Shown: piece after piece, positions 41,367 through 51,627 of the stretch
Numbering within the stretch: the first letter of the stretch is position 1
Layout of the letters: the number at the start of each line of letters is the position of its first letter
DNA from: Candidatus Komeilibacteria bacterium CG11_big_fil_rev_8_21_14_0_20_36_20
GTDB taxonomy: Bacteria; Patescibacteriota; Patescibacteriia; UBA1558; GWA2-36-10
NCBI GenBank assembly: GCA_002787405.1
Contig: PCWQ01000007.1
Coordinates: 166,250-230,249, forward strand
DNA length: 64,000 bases
Direction: 5' to 3'
Notes under the pieces: generated by a model
The model's input: the letters and a program-made list of their open reading frames with translations, nothing else
Told to the model about the DNA's origin: nothing
Databases searched by the model: none
Position numbers and translations under genes: made by a program

Positions 41367-42803
41367 ATGATTACTTTTGAAGATTTAAAAAAGGTCTTAT
41401 CTTTAAACTATACTGATGCGGACATGAAAACCGTCATTAAAGCTTTTCATTTTGCTTCGGAAGCTCATCGCGGCCAAAAGAGAAGAACCGGCGAAGATTA
41501 TATCTATCATCCCTTGGCTGCCGCTTATTATCTAGCTAAAATGAAAATGGACATCACCAGCATCTCCGCCGCGCTGCTCCATGATGTGCCAGAGGATACT
41601 GATTTTACCTTTGAGGATATTAAACACAATTTTGGCAAAGAAATTTATTACTTGGTTCGAGGAGTAACTAAATTGGGCCATCTCAAATATCGAGGCATGG
41701 AAAGATATGCCGAAAATTTAAGAAAAATGTTTTTGGCTATGTCTAAAGACCTACGGATTATTATTATTAGATTAGCAGACCGTCGCCACAATATGGAAAC
41801 ACTTCAAGGTGTCCGTCCGGAAAAACGTCTAAGAATTGCCAAAGAAACTCTAGAAATCTATGCCCCTATTGCCAATCGTTTAGGTATGTTTAGAATGAAA
41901 ACTACTTTAGAAGATCTGGCTTTCCCCTATGTTTATCCTGATGAATATAAATGGGTAACTGATTTAATCAAAGACCGCCTCAAAAATGAGTTTAAATATA
42001 TTGAAAAAATAAAAAAGACCACCCAAAAGATTCTAGTGAAAAACAACATTGCTTATGTTCAAATACAAGGACGGGTAAAAAGTTTATTTAGTCTTTATAT
42101 AAAATTATTACGTAAGGGAAAAGATTTAAATAAAATCTATGACCTAATTGCTCTAAGAATTATTGTTAAAGAAATAGCCGACTGCTACAGTGTTCTAGGC
42201 CTACTTCATAAAAAATGGTCCCCTCTCAAAGGACGAATTAAAGATTATATTGCTCAACCAAAGCCCAACGGCTATCAGTCACTTCATACCTCTGTTTTTA
42301 CTGAATTTGGTAAAACAGCTGAATTCCAAATTAGAACCATCCAAATGGATGAAGAAGCTGAGTATGGTATCGCTGCTCATCACCGCTACAAAGAAATTGG
42401 CGTATTGGGTAAAAGAAAAAAATTACCGAGATGGCTAGAACATTTAGTTGAAATACAAAAAACCATTACTGACAACGCCGAGTTTATCAAACACATTAAA
42501 AACGACTTGTTTATAAACCAAATTTTTGTTTTTACCCCCAAAGGAGACGTCATTGAATTGCCAGACAACGCTACTCCCTTGGATTTTGCCTACTACATTC
42601 ACACTGATATTGGCAATAAATGTGTGGGTGCTAAAATAAATAATCAAATGGCCCCTCTTGATGCTATTCTAAAATCAGGTGATGTAGTAGAAATAGTGAC
42701 GGACAAAAACAGGACCGGACCAAATCCGGATTGGCTGGAAATAGTCGTTACCACTAATGCCAAAAATAAAATAAAAAGCAACTTAAAAAACCGCGAAGAA
42801 TAG
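41367..42803 (+). CDS. rel: RelA/SpoT-family (p)ppGpp synthetase/hydrolase (HD + synthetase + TGS; no ACT domain)
   Basis: 478 aa with an HD motif (HPLAAAYYLA ... LHDVPEDT), a synthetase domain (YIAQPKPNGYQSLHTSV), and a TGS domain (IFVFTPKGDVIELP). Confidence 0.9.
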   Translation: MITFEDLKKVLSLNYTDADMKTVIKAFHFASEAHRGQKRRTGEDYIYHPLAAAYYLAKMKMDITSISAALLHDVPEDTDFTFEDIKHNFGKEIYYLVRGVTKLGHLKYRGMERYAENLRKMFLAMSKDLRIIIIRLADRRHNMETLQGVRPEKRLRIAKETLEIYAPIANRLGMFRMKTTLEDLAFPYVYPDEYKWVTDLIKDRLKNEFKYIEKIKKTTQKILVKNNIAYVQIQGRVKSLFSLYIKLLRKGKDLNKIYDLIALRIIVKEIADCYSVLGLLHKKWSPLKGRIKDYIAQPKPNGYQSLHTSVFTEFGKTAEFQIRTIQMDEEAEYGIAAHHRYKEIGVLGKRKKLPRWLEHLVEIQKTITDNAEFIKHIKNDLFINQIFVFTPKGDVIELPDNATPLDFAYYIHTDIGNKCVGAKINNQMAPLDAILKSGDVVEIVTDKNRTGPNPDWLEIVVTTNAKNKIKSNLKNREE

Positions 42804-42831
42804 AAAAATCGCGGTTTTTAAAAATAATTTT

Positions 42832-43707
42832 TTAAGTCAACTTATCTAAAATATTTTTTAGCTCTTCATGGGAGAAAAACTTAATTTTAATCACTCCTTT
42901 TTCTCCTGTTTTGTCAATCTTGGCTTCCGCTCCCAGATTTTTGCTGATTTTATCTTCCCAGGAAACCAAGACCGGATCCGGCTCTTTCTCTTTAGATGAA
43001 AGTTTAGGAGACCTCTTGCCAACTATCTCGTAAAGCTGCTGAATAGTTAAATCGTTTTTTATAATTTTCTTAAAAATTTTAATCTGTTCTATCTTTGTCG
43101 GATAACTCAAGATAATTTTGGCGTGAGAAATATTAATTTTTCCTTCCCCTAGGGCCTCCTTAATCACGATCGGCAATTTTAAAAAACGAAGAGCGTTAGA
43201 AATAACAGCTACACTTTTGCCGACTTGCTCGGCAATCTCACTCTGACTCAATCCAAATTCTTCCATTAATCTCTTATAGCTGCCGGCCTCTTCTATTGGA
43301 TTGAGATCCTGCCGCTGAATATTTTCTATAATTGAAAGTTCCAGCTTGTCCCGATCAGAAACATCTTTGATAATCACTGGCGCTTCTTTAAGTTGTAAAA
43401 GCTCTAGGGCACGCCAACGCCTTTCTCCGGCAATTAATTGATAATGTCCCCCCTCTTTAGTCACAATGAGCGGCTGTAACACTCCGTGCTTTTTAATGGA
43501 TTCAGCTAATTCTTCCAGCTTATCCCGATCAAAATTAGTTCGCGGCTGCCAAGGATTAGCCACAATCACATCAAAAGGCACGTACTGAATTTTTTTGTCA
43601 GACGAATCCTCATTAGGATCCAGAGGCACCTCTGAACTAAAATTATCAGTTGGTTGTTTATTTTTGGTGGGAATGAGTGAACTCAATCCTCTGCCTAAAG
43701 CTGGCAT
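42832..43707 (-). CDS. parB: chromosome partitioning protein ParB/Spo0J
   Basis: 291 aa with the ParB box (GVLQPLIVTKEGGHYQLIAGERRWRA) and an HTH. Confidence 0.93.
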   Translation of the reverse strand: MPALGRGLSSLIPTKNKQPTDNFSSEVPLDPNEDSSDKKIQYVPFDVIVANPWQPRTNFDRDKLEELAESIKKHGVLQPLIVTKEGGHYQLIAGERRWRALELLQLKEAPVIIKDVSDRDKLELSIIENIQRQDLNPIEEAGSYKRLMEEFGLSQSEIAEQVGKSVAVISNALRFLKLPIVIKEALGEGKINISHAKIILSYPTKIEQIKIFKKIIKNDLTIQQLYEIVGKRSPKLSSKEKEPDPVLVSWEDKISKNLGAEAKIDKTGEKGVIKIKFFSHEELKNILDKLT

Positions 43708-43732
43708 ATGTTTTTATTTTTATTTATTAAAA

Positions 43733-44497
43733 CTACGAAAGTATAATCTCCTGGGCTAAACGTTTATAAGCTTTAGATCCTGGAGAATTAAAATCATATT
43801 CTCTAATCGGCTTGCCATGCGACGGAGCTTCGGCAATGCGGACATTACGAGGAATAACTGAGCGGAAAATCTTTTCCGGAAAATGCTGATACAATTCATT
43901 GAAAACAGCATTTGATAATTTGTTGCGACCATCATGCATGGTCATCACTGCTCCCAAAATTTTCAAATTTGGCTGAAGATGATCTCTAATTAAATTGATG
44001 GTATCTAAAAGCTGCGACAATCCTTCCAAAGCATAATACTCACACTGCACCGGAATCAATACCTCACGAGCCGCCACTAAACCATTAATAGTTAAAAGAC
44101 CCAGAGAAGGCGGATTATCTATTAAAATAAAATCATAAAGATCAACAATATTTTTTAAATTCTCGTCCAGCTTAAATTCACGGTTTTCATGGCCAACTAA
44201 ATCAATACCAGCTCCGGCCAAATCCGGATTGGCTGGTAAAATATGAAAATTTGGCTTATACGATTTAATGGCTTCGGTGATTTTGGTGTTTTCATCAACC
44301 AAAACATCATACATACCTTTGTTTAAATTTTTATAATCAATACCCAAACCAGCCGAAGCATTGCCCTGAGGGTCAATGTCAATCACTAAAACGCGGCGGC
44401 CAAACTCCACCAGCCAAGCCGCCAAATTGATGGTTGTGGTTGTTTTGCCAACTCCGCCTTTTTGATTAACGATAGAGATAATTCGTGTCATAGACAA
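43733..44497 (-). CDS. parA: chromosome partitioning ATPase ParA/Soj
   Basis: 254 aa with the deviant Walker A KGGVGKTT. Confidence 0.93.
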   Translation of the reverse strand: MSMTRIISIVNQKGGVGKTTTTINLAAWLVEFGRRVLVIDIDPQGNASAGLGIDYKNLNKGMYDVLVDENTKITEAIKSYKPNFHILPANPDLAGAGIDLVGHENREFKLDENLKNIVDLYDFILIDNPPSLGLLTINGLVAAREVLIPVQCEYYALEGLSQLLDTINLIRDHLQPNLKILGAVMTMHDGRNKLSNAVFNELYQHFPEKIFRSVIPRNVRIAEAPSHGKPIREYDFNSPGSKAYKRLAQEIILS

Positions 44498-44644
44498 AAA
44501 TTCAAAAAACTATCCTTATTATACAAAATTTAGCGTAAAATAACAACTGATTTAATCTATAACAGTCCTTGACACAATCTAAAATATATGATATGTTGCT
44601 TTAATTATTTTAGTTATTTAAAACTTTTTGTTTTGGAGGAATTC

Positions 44645-45010
44645 ATGAATAAGAATAACAAAGCCTCAGTGAAATTCGGATTAGCAGGATTTGGAATTAT
44701 AGTCCTCGTAATTCTCCTTATGGCTCTTATGCTTACAATTGAGAGAAACACGCCCCTATCGTCAACCAATAAATCCACCGTGCTTCCTTTGCGAAACGGC
44801 TCCTGCTATTTTACCGGAGAAATTGATACTATCGGTAACAATTTGGCTCTGGTTAAAGTAATACAGCCGAACAACGACAGCACCTGGTATCATGTTTTGG
44901 TGGGACTACCATTTACAATTCCTGCCGACAGCTTAGTCAAGATAGGAACAGTGCAATATTTCTTCACTAAAGCATCTGTTCAAGAAAACTTTGTCTTTAT
45001 CGGACTATAG
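44645..45010 (+). CDS. hypothetical secreted/membrane-anchored protein
   Basis: 121 aa from ATG 44645, with GGAGGA 4 nt upstream and an N-terminal TM segment. Confidence 0.5.
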   Translation: MNKNNKASVKFGLAGFGIIVLVILLMALMLTIERNTPLSSTNKSTVLPLRNGSCYFTGEIDTIGNNLALVKVIQPNNDSTWYHVLVGLPFTIPADSLVKIGTVQYFFTKASVQENFVFIGL

Positions 45011-45043
45011 CCAAGGTAAACACTCTTTACATTTGGAGGATAA

Positions 45044-45259
45044 ATGAAACGATTTGTAGTGAAAATCATATCTTATTTTGCAGCCATAATACTTTTAGTG
45101 GTTGCAGTGGCTTTTATGACTCGCGATGGTGGAATTGTTTTAGCAATAGAAGATAATCAGCCCATTATTGCTAGAATAATTCCGATCGACAGTTATTTGC
45201 ACCGTAGCGCCTTGAAAATTTTTCCAAACAAAAAACCGCCTCTTCGGAGGTGGTTTTAA
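45044..45259 (+). CDS. hypothetical small membrane protein
   Basis: 71 aa with GGAGGA upstream. The terminator hairpin is encoded by its last codons. Confidence 0.5.
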   Translation: MKRFVVKIISYFAAIILLVVAVAFMTRDGGIVLAIEDNQPIIARIIPIDSYLHRSALKIFPNKKPPLRRWF

Positions 45260-45262
45260 ATT
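45232..45262 (+). terminator. intrinsic terminator
   Basis: CCGCCTC-ttcg-GAGGTGG followed by TTTTAAATTTT. Confidence 0.7.
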
Positions 45263-45274
45263 TTAAAAAATATT

Positions 45275-45511
45275 TTAATCTTTGTCTGTATAAAAAAAGA
45301 TACCAACAACCCAGCCTAAAAAATAGCCAACTACTCCGGCGGAAATAATAGCCAGTTTAGACCAGTCGTGAGCGTAAAAATAACAATAAAAAATGGCCCC
45401 AAGCAAACCAATAGTCAAGCCCTTGATACGATAGGATAAAGTCCAGTTATTGCGCTGGGAGTCTTTTTTATAATTCTTTGGCTGTTGAGGTATAATTGGC
45501 TGATTACTCAT
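45275..45511 (-). CDS. hypothetical small membrane protein
   Basis: 78 aa with 2 TM helices. Confidence 0.45.
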   Translation of the reverse strand: MSNQPIIPQQPKNYKKDSQRNNWTLSYRIKGLTIGLLGAIFYCYFYAHDWSKLAIISAGVVGYFLGWVVGIFFYTDKD

Positions 45512-45515
45512 AAAT

Positions 45516-46730
45516 TTAATTTTTTAACTGTTCTTGCCATTGAATAATGCTTTGTTTGAAATTGTCTAAATTTTCCGAAGCGACTGCTTTGTCCGAAGGC
45601 AAATCAACGGTCAGTGGATTTATTTTAGTACCATATTTAACCATTTCAAAATGAAGATGTGGACCGGTAGACAACCCCGTGGAACCAACGGCGCCGATAA
45701 TTTCACCCTGCTCTACTTTTTCTCCATAACTGATATAAATCTTACTCAAATGAGCATAATTGGTAGTAAAAGTATCATTATGCCTGACGCTGACAAAATT
45801 ACCATAAGAGCCGTTCCAACCAGCATAAACCACTTGCCCATCGCCCACTACTCTGACTGGCGTACCATAGCTGGCGGCATAATCAATAGCCCGATGACCA
45901 GTGGAAATATCAAAGGCCGAAATATATCTCAAACCAGTAGTATAGCCGGAGCTAATGTATTTAAAATCAACCGGATTTTTCAAAAATATTTTTTGCAAAG
46001 AAATGCCGTCAGGATCATAATAGCCGTCAATCAATTCTCCATCTTCATCTAGTCCTTCTTCAAAATAATAACCTTCAATGACTTTGCCGTCATTGACAAA
46101 ACGAGCCGCCAGAATCTTTCCCGGCATAATATACTGACCATCCCGATAGCGCTCTTCAAAAATAAATTTATAAGTATCGCCAACCCGAATGCCCATGCCA
46201 AAATCAACGGTCCAGGCAAAAACATCCGCTAAAGCAATAATCGCCCGAATATCAACATTCTGCTCTACCGCTGACTGATATAAGGAAGAGTCAATAGTGC
46301 CGCTGATGGTTTTTAATCTGACTTCATAGTCTATTTGTTTGCATTCGGCCTGCCATAAATCTGCTCCATTTTTTTCTATAAACAATTCTTCTTCCGAATC
46401 TATCTGATAAACTAATTTTTTGAATTCCCCAGTCTGTCGATCAAAATAAAATTTGATCGGCTTACCGACTCGAACCGTCGATAAATCATATTCATCCTGC
46501 GAAGCTTCTAACAATTCATGCATTAAACTGTCCTCTAAACCAACCTGCTCGGTAATAGTGGAAAAAGTCATGCCAGATTCAATATTAACAACTTCTTCCC
46601 TATCTAAAATCTGGGCCTGGGCCTCCGGCAAAGTTACGGTCGGCTGATTATTATTAATAGAAAATTTGACTACCAGCAAAACAACCATAATCAATCCGCC
46701 TAATAAAGATAATTTTAATTTATTATTCAC
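45516..46730 (-). CDS. M23-family (LytM) peptidoglycan endopeptidase with a signal anchor
   Basis: 404 aa starting at GTG 46730, with an N-terminal TM helix. M23 motifs HRAIDYAA and HLHFEM at the C-terminus. Confidence 0.85.
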   Translation of the reverse strand: MNNKLKLSLLGGLIMVVLLVVKFSINNNQPTVTLPEAQAQILDREEVVNIESGMTFSTITEQVGLEDSLMHELLEASQDEYDLSTVRVGKPIKFYFDRQTGEFKKLVYQIDSEEELFIEKNGADLWQAECKQIDYEVRLKTISGTIDSSLYQSAVEQNVDIRAIIALADVFAWTVDFGMGIRVGDTYKFIFEERYRDGQYIMPGKILAARFVNDGKVIEGYYFEEGLDEDGELIDGYYDPDGISLQKIFLKNPVDFKYISSGYTTGLRYISAFDISTGHRAIDYAASYGTPVRVVGDGQVVYAGWNGSYGNFVSVRHNDTFTTNYAHLSKIYISYGEKVEQGEIIGAVGSTGLSTGPHLHFEMVKYGTKINPLTVDLPSDKAVASENLDNFKQSIIQWQEQLKN

Positions 46731-46744
46731 CCCGTTAGAAAATT

Positions 46745-46812
46745 ATTATACTGTCATTCCGGGCTACGACCCGGAATCTACAAGCTTCTAGATTCCCGTT
46801 TTCACGGGAATG
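46745..46812. other. two tandem look-alike hairpins between xth and the M23 peptidase gene
   Basis: ATTCCGGG-ctacga-CCCGGAAT and ATTCCCG-ttttca-CGGGAAT, sharing ATTCC-CG ... CG-GGAAT arms, with no U-tract after either. Confidence 0.4.
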
Positions 46813-46819
46813 ATGATTA

Positions 46820-47611
46820 TTAAATTTTTATTTCTAAGCCGACCGGGCAATGGTCTGAACCTTTTACTTTATCCAAAATAAAAGCCCGCTTCACTTTTTT
46901 AGCTAAACGCTGACTGACCAAAAAATAATCAATCCGCCAGCCAATATTATTAACCCGGGTATTAAATCGATAACTCCACCAACTATATTGGACTTTCTGC
47001 GGATGCAAATAACGAAAACTATCAACAAATCCGCTCTTTAATAATTTTGTCATCCAGACCCTCTCTTCATCAGTAAATCCTGGATTACCGACATTATCCT
47101 TGGGACGAGCCAGATCTATTTCCTGATGAGCCACATTAAAATCACCGGTCAAAATCAAAGGCTTTATTTTATCTAATTTTTTAATATAACTTAAAAACGC
47201 TTGATTAAATTTTAACTTATAGGGCAATCTAGTCAACTCATGGTTAGAATGGGGGAAATAAGAATTTAATAAATAAAACTGACTATAATCCAACAGCTGC
47301 ATCCTCCCCTCTTGGGATAAAATATTATTACCAAAATCAATCTTAACTTCTTTGGGCTTTAAACGGCTGTAAGTCAGCACGCCGCTGTAACCTTTTTTTT
47401 CAGTGGCACAGTTCCAAAAAGCATTATAACCTTTAAGTCTTAATATTTTTTCATCTAAAATCTCTGGATCATGAATTTTAGTTTCTTGAGCGCAAAAAAT
47501 ATCCGGCTTGGTTTTATTTAACCAAGTTAAAAGGCCTTTGCGAGTCGCCGCTCGAATTCCATTAACATTAAAAGATAAAATGGTTAATTTAGACACTTGT
47601 TTAGTTTTCAT
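46820..47611 (-). CDS. xth: exodeoxyribonuclease III
   Basis: 263 aa with the EEP fold pattern (ILSFNVNGIRA ... CAQETK ... DHCPV). Confidence 0.9.
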   Translation of the reverse strand: MKTKQVSKLTILSFNVNGIRAATRKGLLTWLNKTKPDIFCAQETKIHDPEILDEKILRLKGYNAFWNCATEKKGYSGVLTYSRLKPKEVKIDFGNNILSQEGRMQLLDYSQFYLLNSYFPHSNHELTRLPYKLKFNQAFLSYIKKLDKIKPLILTGDFNVAHQEIDLARPKDNVGNPGFTDEERVWMTKLLKSGFVDSFRYLHPQKVQYSWWSYRFNTRVNNIGWRIDYFLVSQRLAKKVKRAFILDKVKGSDHCPVGLEIKI

Positions 47612-48680
47612 CTTTGTTAACTAAAATTGTTTGCGTAGGATAAGCAAACTCAATGCTCTCTTTATCAAACTGCTGATATATTTCCAGATTTATTCTATGT
47701 CGAGTTTTAAGATAATCTTCATAGTCAGGAGATTTAATATATAAAACAACTTCAAAGATCAAACTAAAATCCCCAAATTCCACAAAATAACAACGATCAA
47801 ATCTAGCTAATTTTTCTGGCTGAATAATATTTTCTACCATTTTAGGTATAGCTACTAATTTAGTAGCGGAGGTGCCATAAATTACTCCTAAATTAAAAAC
47901 TATTCTTCTTTCTTCCATTTTTCTAAAATTCTGCACTCGAGCACTGGTTAGTTCTCTATTGGAAATAACTAATTCCTCTCCCTGTAAAGTTCTAATGCGA
48001 GTTGTTTTTAAACCAATCTTTTCTACAACACCTCCATCGGAACCGACAACAATGTAATCACCAATTTGAAATATTTTATCCATATGAATAGCAAAAGAGC
48101 TAAAAACATCAGTCAGAATATTCTGTAGAGCTAAAGCCACGGCAATACCGCCAATACCTAAACTGGCAATAACAGAATTGACATTGACTCCTAAATTGGA
48201 CAATAAAAGCATCAACCCAACTACCCATAAAATTATTCTAATAACCACCTGCAAGGTCTTCATCATTGCTTGAGAAGATTGTCTGGACTTAACATTATCT
48301 TTATTTGATTGAACTAAATAACCGCTAATAAAATAATTTAATAATTTTTCCGAAGCCCGAATTATTTCAAAAATAATAACTACCAAAAATAAAACATATA
48401 AAATTTTAAAAACAATTTCCGGCAAAGTTAAAACTTTAATGCCAAAATAAAGAGCTATCAGAAAATAAAAAGGCGGTCTGATTGTTTTAAAAATATTAAT
48501 CAGAACATCATCAAAATCCGTCTTGGTTTTCTGGGCTAATTTATATAGACGAGTGAGAATAATGACCTGAAATATTTTTAAAATAACTAACAAACCAACA
48601 AAAATAATTATTGCGAGCACATAATCATAACCAGTATTGCCCCAAATAATAAAATTCTTTAAACTATCAATAAATTCCAT
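47601..48680 (-). CDS. small-conductance mechanosensitive channel (MscS family)
   Basis: 359 aa with 3-4 TM helices and the MscS pore-helix/beta domain region. Confidence 0.85.
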   Translation of the reverse strand: MEFIDSLKNFIIWGNTGYDYVLAIIIFVGLLVILKIFQVIILTRLYKLAQKTKTDFDDVLINIFKTIRPPFYFLIALYFGIKVLTLPEIVFKILYVLFLVVIIFEIIRASEKLLNYFISGYLVQSNKDNVKSRQSSQAMMKTLQVVIRIILWVVGLMLLLSNLGVNVNSVIASLGIGGIAVALALQNILTDVFSSFAIHMDKIFQIGDYIVVGSDGGVVEKIGLKTTRIRTLQGEELVISNRELTSARVQNFRKMEERRIVFNLGVIYGTSATKLVAIPKMVENIIQPEKLARFDRCYFVEFGDFSLIFEVVLYIKSPDYEDYLKTRHRINLEIYQQFDKESIEFAYPTQTILVNKDEN

Positions 48681-48750
48681 AAAATTGTTAGATAATTCTT
48701 AATTTAATTATTTCTAATCATAGCAAAAACATCGCAAAAAAACAAACTTA

Positions 48751-48790
48751 AGCAACAGAAAAAGAGTCGGATAATTCCGACTCTTTTTAT
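48751..48790 (-). terminator. intrinsic terminator (hairpin usable on both strands)
   Basis: AGAGTCGG-ataatt-CCGACTCT followed by a T-run on both strands. Confidence 0.7.
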
Positions 48791-48793
48791 AAC

Positions 48794-49435
48794 TCAACTA
48801 AGGATAATTGGTGCCGCCCAGCCATTTTGGTAGAAATCCATACCTAAAGTCACCAGTTGAACTTCTCGACGATCATGACTCCAGATCAAAACCGGAGTAC
48901 GGGACCAATTGGCCTCATATTCAAGGCGGCATTCATAGCCAGGCAACCAAACATAAGGAACGTTGATACCATCCATAGACGTCAGCCATTCTCTGAAGTA
49001 AACAACTGCCCAAAGTATTTCCGAAGAAGGAGATAATTTTGGATATCTAATATCCTTTGGTCTGAGACCTCTCATCTTATCCCAATTGCCGGCTAAATTA
49101 AGCACTTTCCAACGCAAGCCGCGCAAATGATTCTTTTTTGGCATTAGCCGCAAATGATTAACATCAGTTTTGATAGCCGGCCAACGCCAGCTGTCGTAAA
49201 GACTACTGATGCATAACCAAGCTTCATCGAATGTTTCCTTAATGGTATTTAACCTGACATCCAAGACCGGCGTACAAAATTGACCATAAGGACAACTTGG
49301 ATTATAATCCAACATGGAAAAATCAGTTTCACTGAATCCCCAGCCGCGTAGCTTATTTAAACGGCGAATCAGTTCTACTTGTTGTGAACAAGGCACAAAC
49401 AATCCCGTCTGACTTTGAGTTAAATTCTGTAGCAT
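48794..49435 (-). CDS. hypothetical Trp/Arg-rich protein, compositionally atypical (about 42% GC)
   Basis: 213 aa with no recognisable motif. Has its own terminator and a 265-bp upstream region. GC is clearly above that of its neighbours. Confidence 0.55.
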   Translation of the reverse strand: MLQNLTQSQTGLFVPCSQQVELIRRLNKLRGWGFSETDFSMLDYNPSCPYGQFCTPVLDVRLNTIKETFDEAWLCISSLYDSWRWPAIKTDVNHLRLMPKKNHLRGLRWKVLNLAGNWDKMRGLRPKDIRYPKLSPSSEILWAVVYFREWLTSMDGINVPYVWLPGYECRLEYEANWSRTPVLIWSHDRREVQLVTLGMDFYQNGWAAPIILS

Positions 49436-49701
49436 AATCTGCCCCCCTACCTATAGGGAGCATTTTTAAAAACCAAGACATTTTGCCCCCTTGATTTAAA
49501 GTACGTGTTTTATTTTATTTGATATTATCTAATCATTTTTTATCTAGTTGGTCAAGAAATAAATATAACCCTAATGCCAAACGTTGGGGCCTGACGCAAA
49601 GGAAGATTAAGAAAGATAATCCTAATAAGATTGACATCCGCCCAATAATATAATAATCTATACTAATTAATCTTGTTCTTACTATCAATCAAGGAGGCCA
49701 C

Positions 49702-50127
49702 ATGTCAAAACAATTTAACCCCAGCCAGACAAACATTATCCTGATTATTGTTAGCTTAGTAGTCGTGTTTTTAGTGGGTCAATATTATAATCCAGAACCA
49801 GAATACAGCCGAAAAAATTTTTATCTGGTCTTTGGAGAAGAGCCGGCGGACAGTGTTGTTGCTCAAATAGCTGTAGACTATCAATTAAACAACCTAACTG
49901 AACAGATTTGCCAAATGGACTATCTGCTTCATGTTGCCCAGCTAGGCAATGATTCTTTGGAAATCATCTATCAATTAAACCTCAAAAAAATAGCCAACCA
50001 GATAAACCTGGCAAAACATTTCTGGTTTTCCGTGCCGGAAGAAGCAGAAAAGTTGACTATTGAACCACTTGGCCGTAAAAAAATAAAATACCCCGCCCTA
50101 AAATTAAGAAAGGCGGGGCTTTTTTAA
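49702..50127 (+). CDS. hypothetical membrane-anchored protein
   Basis: 141 aa with AAGGAGG 5 nt upstream and an N-terminal TM helix. Confidence 0.55.
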   Translation: MSKQFNPSQTNIILIIVSLVVVFLVGQYYNPEPEYSRKNFYLVFGEEPADSVVAQIAVDYQLNNLTEQICQMDYLLHVAQLGNDSLEIIYQLNLKKIANQINLAKHFWFSVPEEAEKLTIEPLGRKKIKYPALKLRKAGLF

Positions 50128-50128
50128 T
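50085..50128. terminator. bidirectional intrinsic terminator
   Basis: CCCCGCC-[16 nt]-GGCGGGG with T-runs on both strands, between convergent genes. Confidence 0.7.
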
Positions 50129-50143
50129 AAAAATTTCAATTAT

Positions 50144-51304
50144 TTAGCCAAACATCAGCCACTGATGTTTAAAAATTAATAGTATGCCGATAATCAGCAT
50201 AATGATTCCGCCAATCAAACTGGAATAGCGAGAATACTTAGTGCTGATACCAGTCATGTGCAGAGTAATCATAGCAATAACAAACACCAACATATCGTCC
50301 AGCATGAAAAAGAAAATATAAATAGCAATATAACCATAACGCGCTAAAGTGGACAAATCATTTAGAACTAAAACTTGCGAATAAACTGCCGGTAATCCGG
50401 CTGAACAAATAAGTTCAACCATATTGACCGCGACAGCCAATAAAATAATACCCCCAAAAGCTAAGATAAAACTGCGACGACTGACTACTTCTTTAATTCG
50501 GTCAAATATGCGGCGTCTTTTTTCATCACCAGTCACTTTACAAGCCGCTTCTTTATTTTTAAAAAATTCCCGCAGATTTAAAGCCCCGCCGCCCAAGGCC
50601 ACCAATCCGATCAAAATTCTTACCCAAACAATAAGGCCTAAAAATAAAATCAAATTTAGCCAAGCTGCCATAAATAAAAAATAAACTAAAGCTGAAGTAA
50701 TAATAAAAGAACCGCCTAAAATCCACATCCGGCACCGGTCTTTCATGCCTAAAAGCATACTGATCAAAAAAAGCAAAACCCACATGGCACAAGGATTAAA
50801 GCCGTCCAGAATTCCCAAAAATACAGTTAAAACCGGTAAAGAAAAAGTTTTTAAATTTACTTGACCAAGCAGAGGAATCTTCACGTTTTCCAACCAAGTA
50901 TTTTCTCCTGAATTTTGATTATTTTGCCCCGTTTGTTCCAGTAACGAAACTAAATAACTTTCAATAGCTGCTCCCGTAGTCTCCTCACTTAAAAAACCGG
51001 TAAAATGCTCCTCGCCAACCACCAAAAAAGGCACACCAGAAACATCAGTGTGCAGCTCTTTTCCAAATTCTACCAATAATCTGGCGTTGTCAGAATCGCG
51101 GCTGACTTCAAAGCTTTGTAAATTTATACCCTCTTTATATTTTGACTCCAGTTTATCTAAAAAAATTTCCTCTTTAGCACAATGAGGGCACCCTTCCGCC
51201 CAAAAGAAATAAATGTTGACTTTATTGTCTTCCTGAGCCAATCCAACCAAAGGAATAATTAGCACAAAAAAACAAAATAAAAAAAATGATATTTTCTTAA
51301 ACAT
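50144..51304 (-). CDS. thioredoxin-fold domain fused to a CcdA/DsbD-like transmembrane electron-transfer domain
   Basis: 386 aa with a signal peptide. Motifs WAEGCPHC (CxxC) and a multi-TM C-terminus carrying GFNPC. Confidence 0.75.
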   Translation of the reverse strand: MFKKISFFLFCFFVLIIPLVGLAQEDNKVNIYFFWAEGCPHCAKEEIFLDKLESKYKEGINLQSFEVSRDSDNARLLVEFGKELHTDVSGVPFLVVGEEHFTGFLSEETTGAAIESYLVSLLEQTGQNNQNSGENTWLENVKIPLLGQVNLKTFSLPVLTVFLGILDGFNPCAMWVLLFLISMLLGMKDRCRMWILGGSFIITSALVYFLFMAAWLNLILFLGLIVWVRILIGLVALGGGALNLREFFKNKEAACKVTGDEKRRRIFDRIKEVVSRRSFILAFGGIILLAVAVNMVELICSAGLPAVYSQVLVLNDLSTLARYGYIAIYIFFFMLDDMLVFVIAMITLHMTGISTKYSRYSSLIGGIIMLIIGILLIFKHQWLMFG

Positions 51305-51319
51305 ATATAATTAATTTAT

Positions 51320-51589
51320 CTATTTATCTTTACTTTCTTTAATAATTTTAGTTAATTCTTTCTTGGAAACTTCACCAACTAATCTTAATAATTCCTGAGC
51401 CTGTTTGTCAAGAAAAATAAAAACCGGCAGCTTGTCACCAATTTTATATTCCTTTATTTTTTCCGAATCTTGATCATAATCATAATACTTGGTTTCTAAC
51501 CAGGGATGTTCTTTTTCAATTTCAACCCAACGCGGTTTCATGACCAGACAGCCCGGACACCAAACTGCCCCGAATTTTAATACTTTCAT
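51320..51589 (-). CDS. trxA: thioredoxin
   Basis: 89 aa with the active site WCPGC. Confidence 0.85.
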   Translation of the reverse strand: MKVLKFGAVWCPGCLVMKPRWVEIEKEHPWLETKYYDYDQDSEKIKEYKIGDKLPVFIFLDKQAQELLRLVGEVSKKELTKIIKESKDK

Positions 51590-51627
51590 ATATTTATATC
51601 ATTCTAAATTAATAATGTGCAATAACT

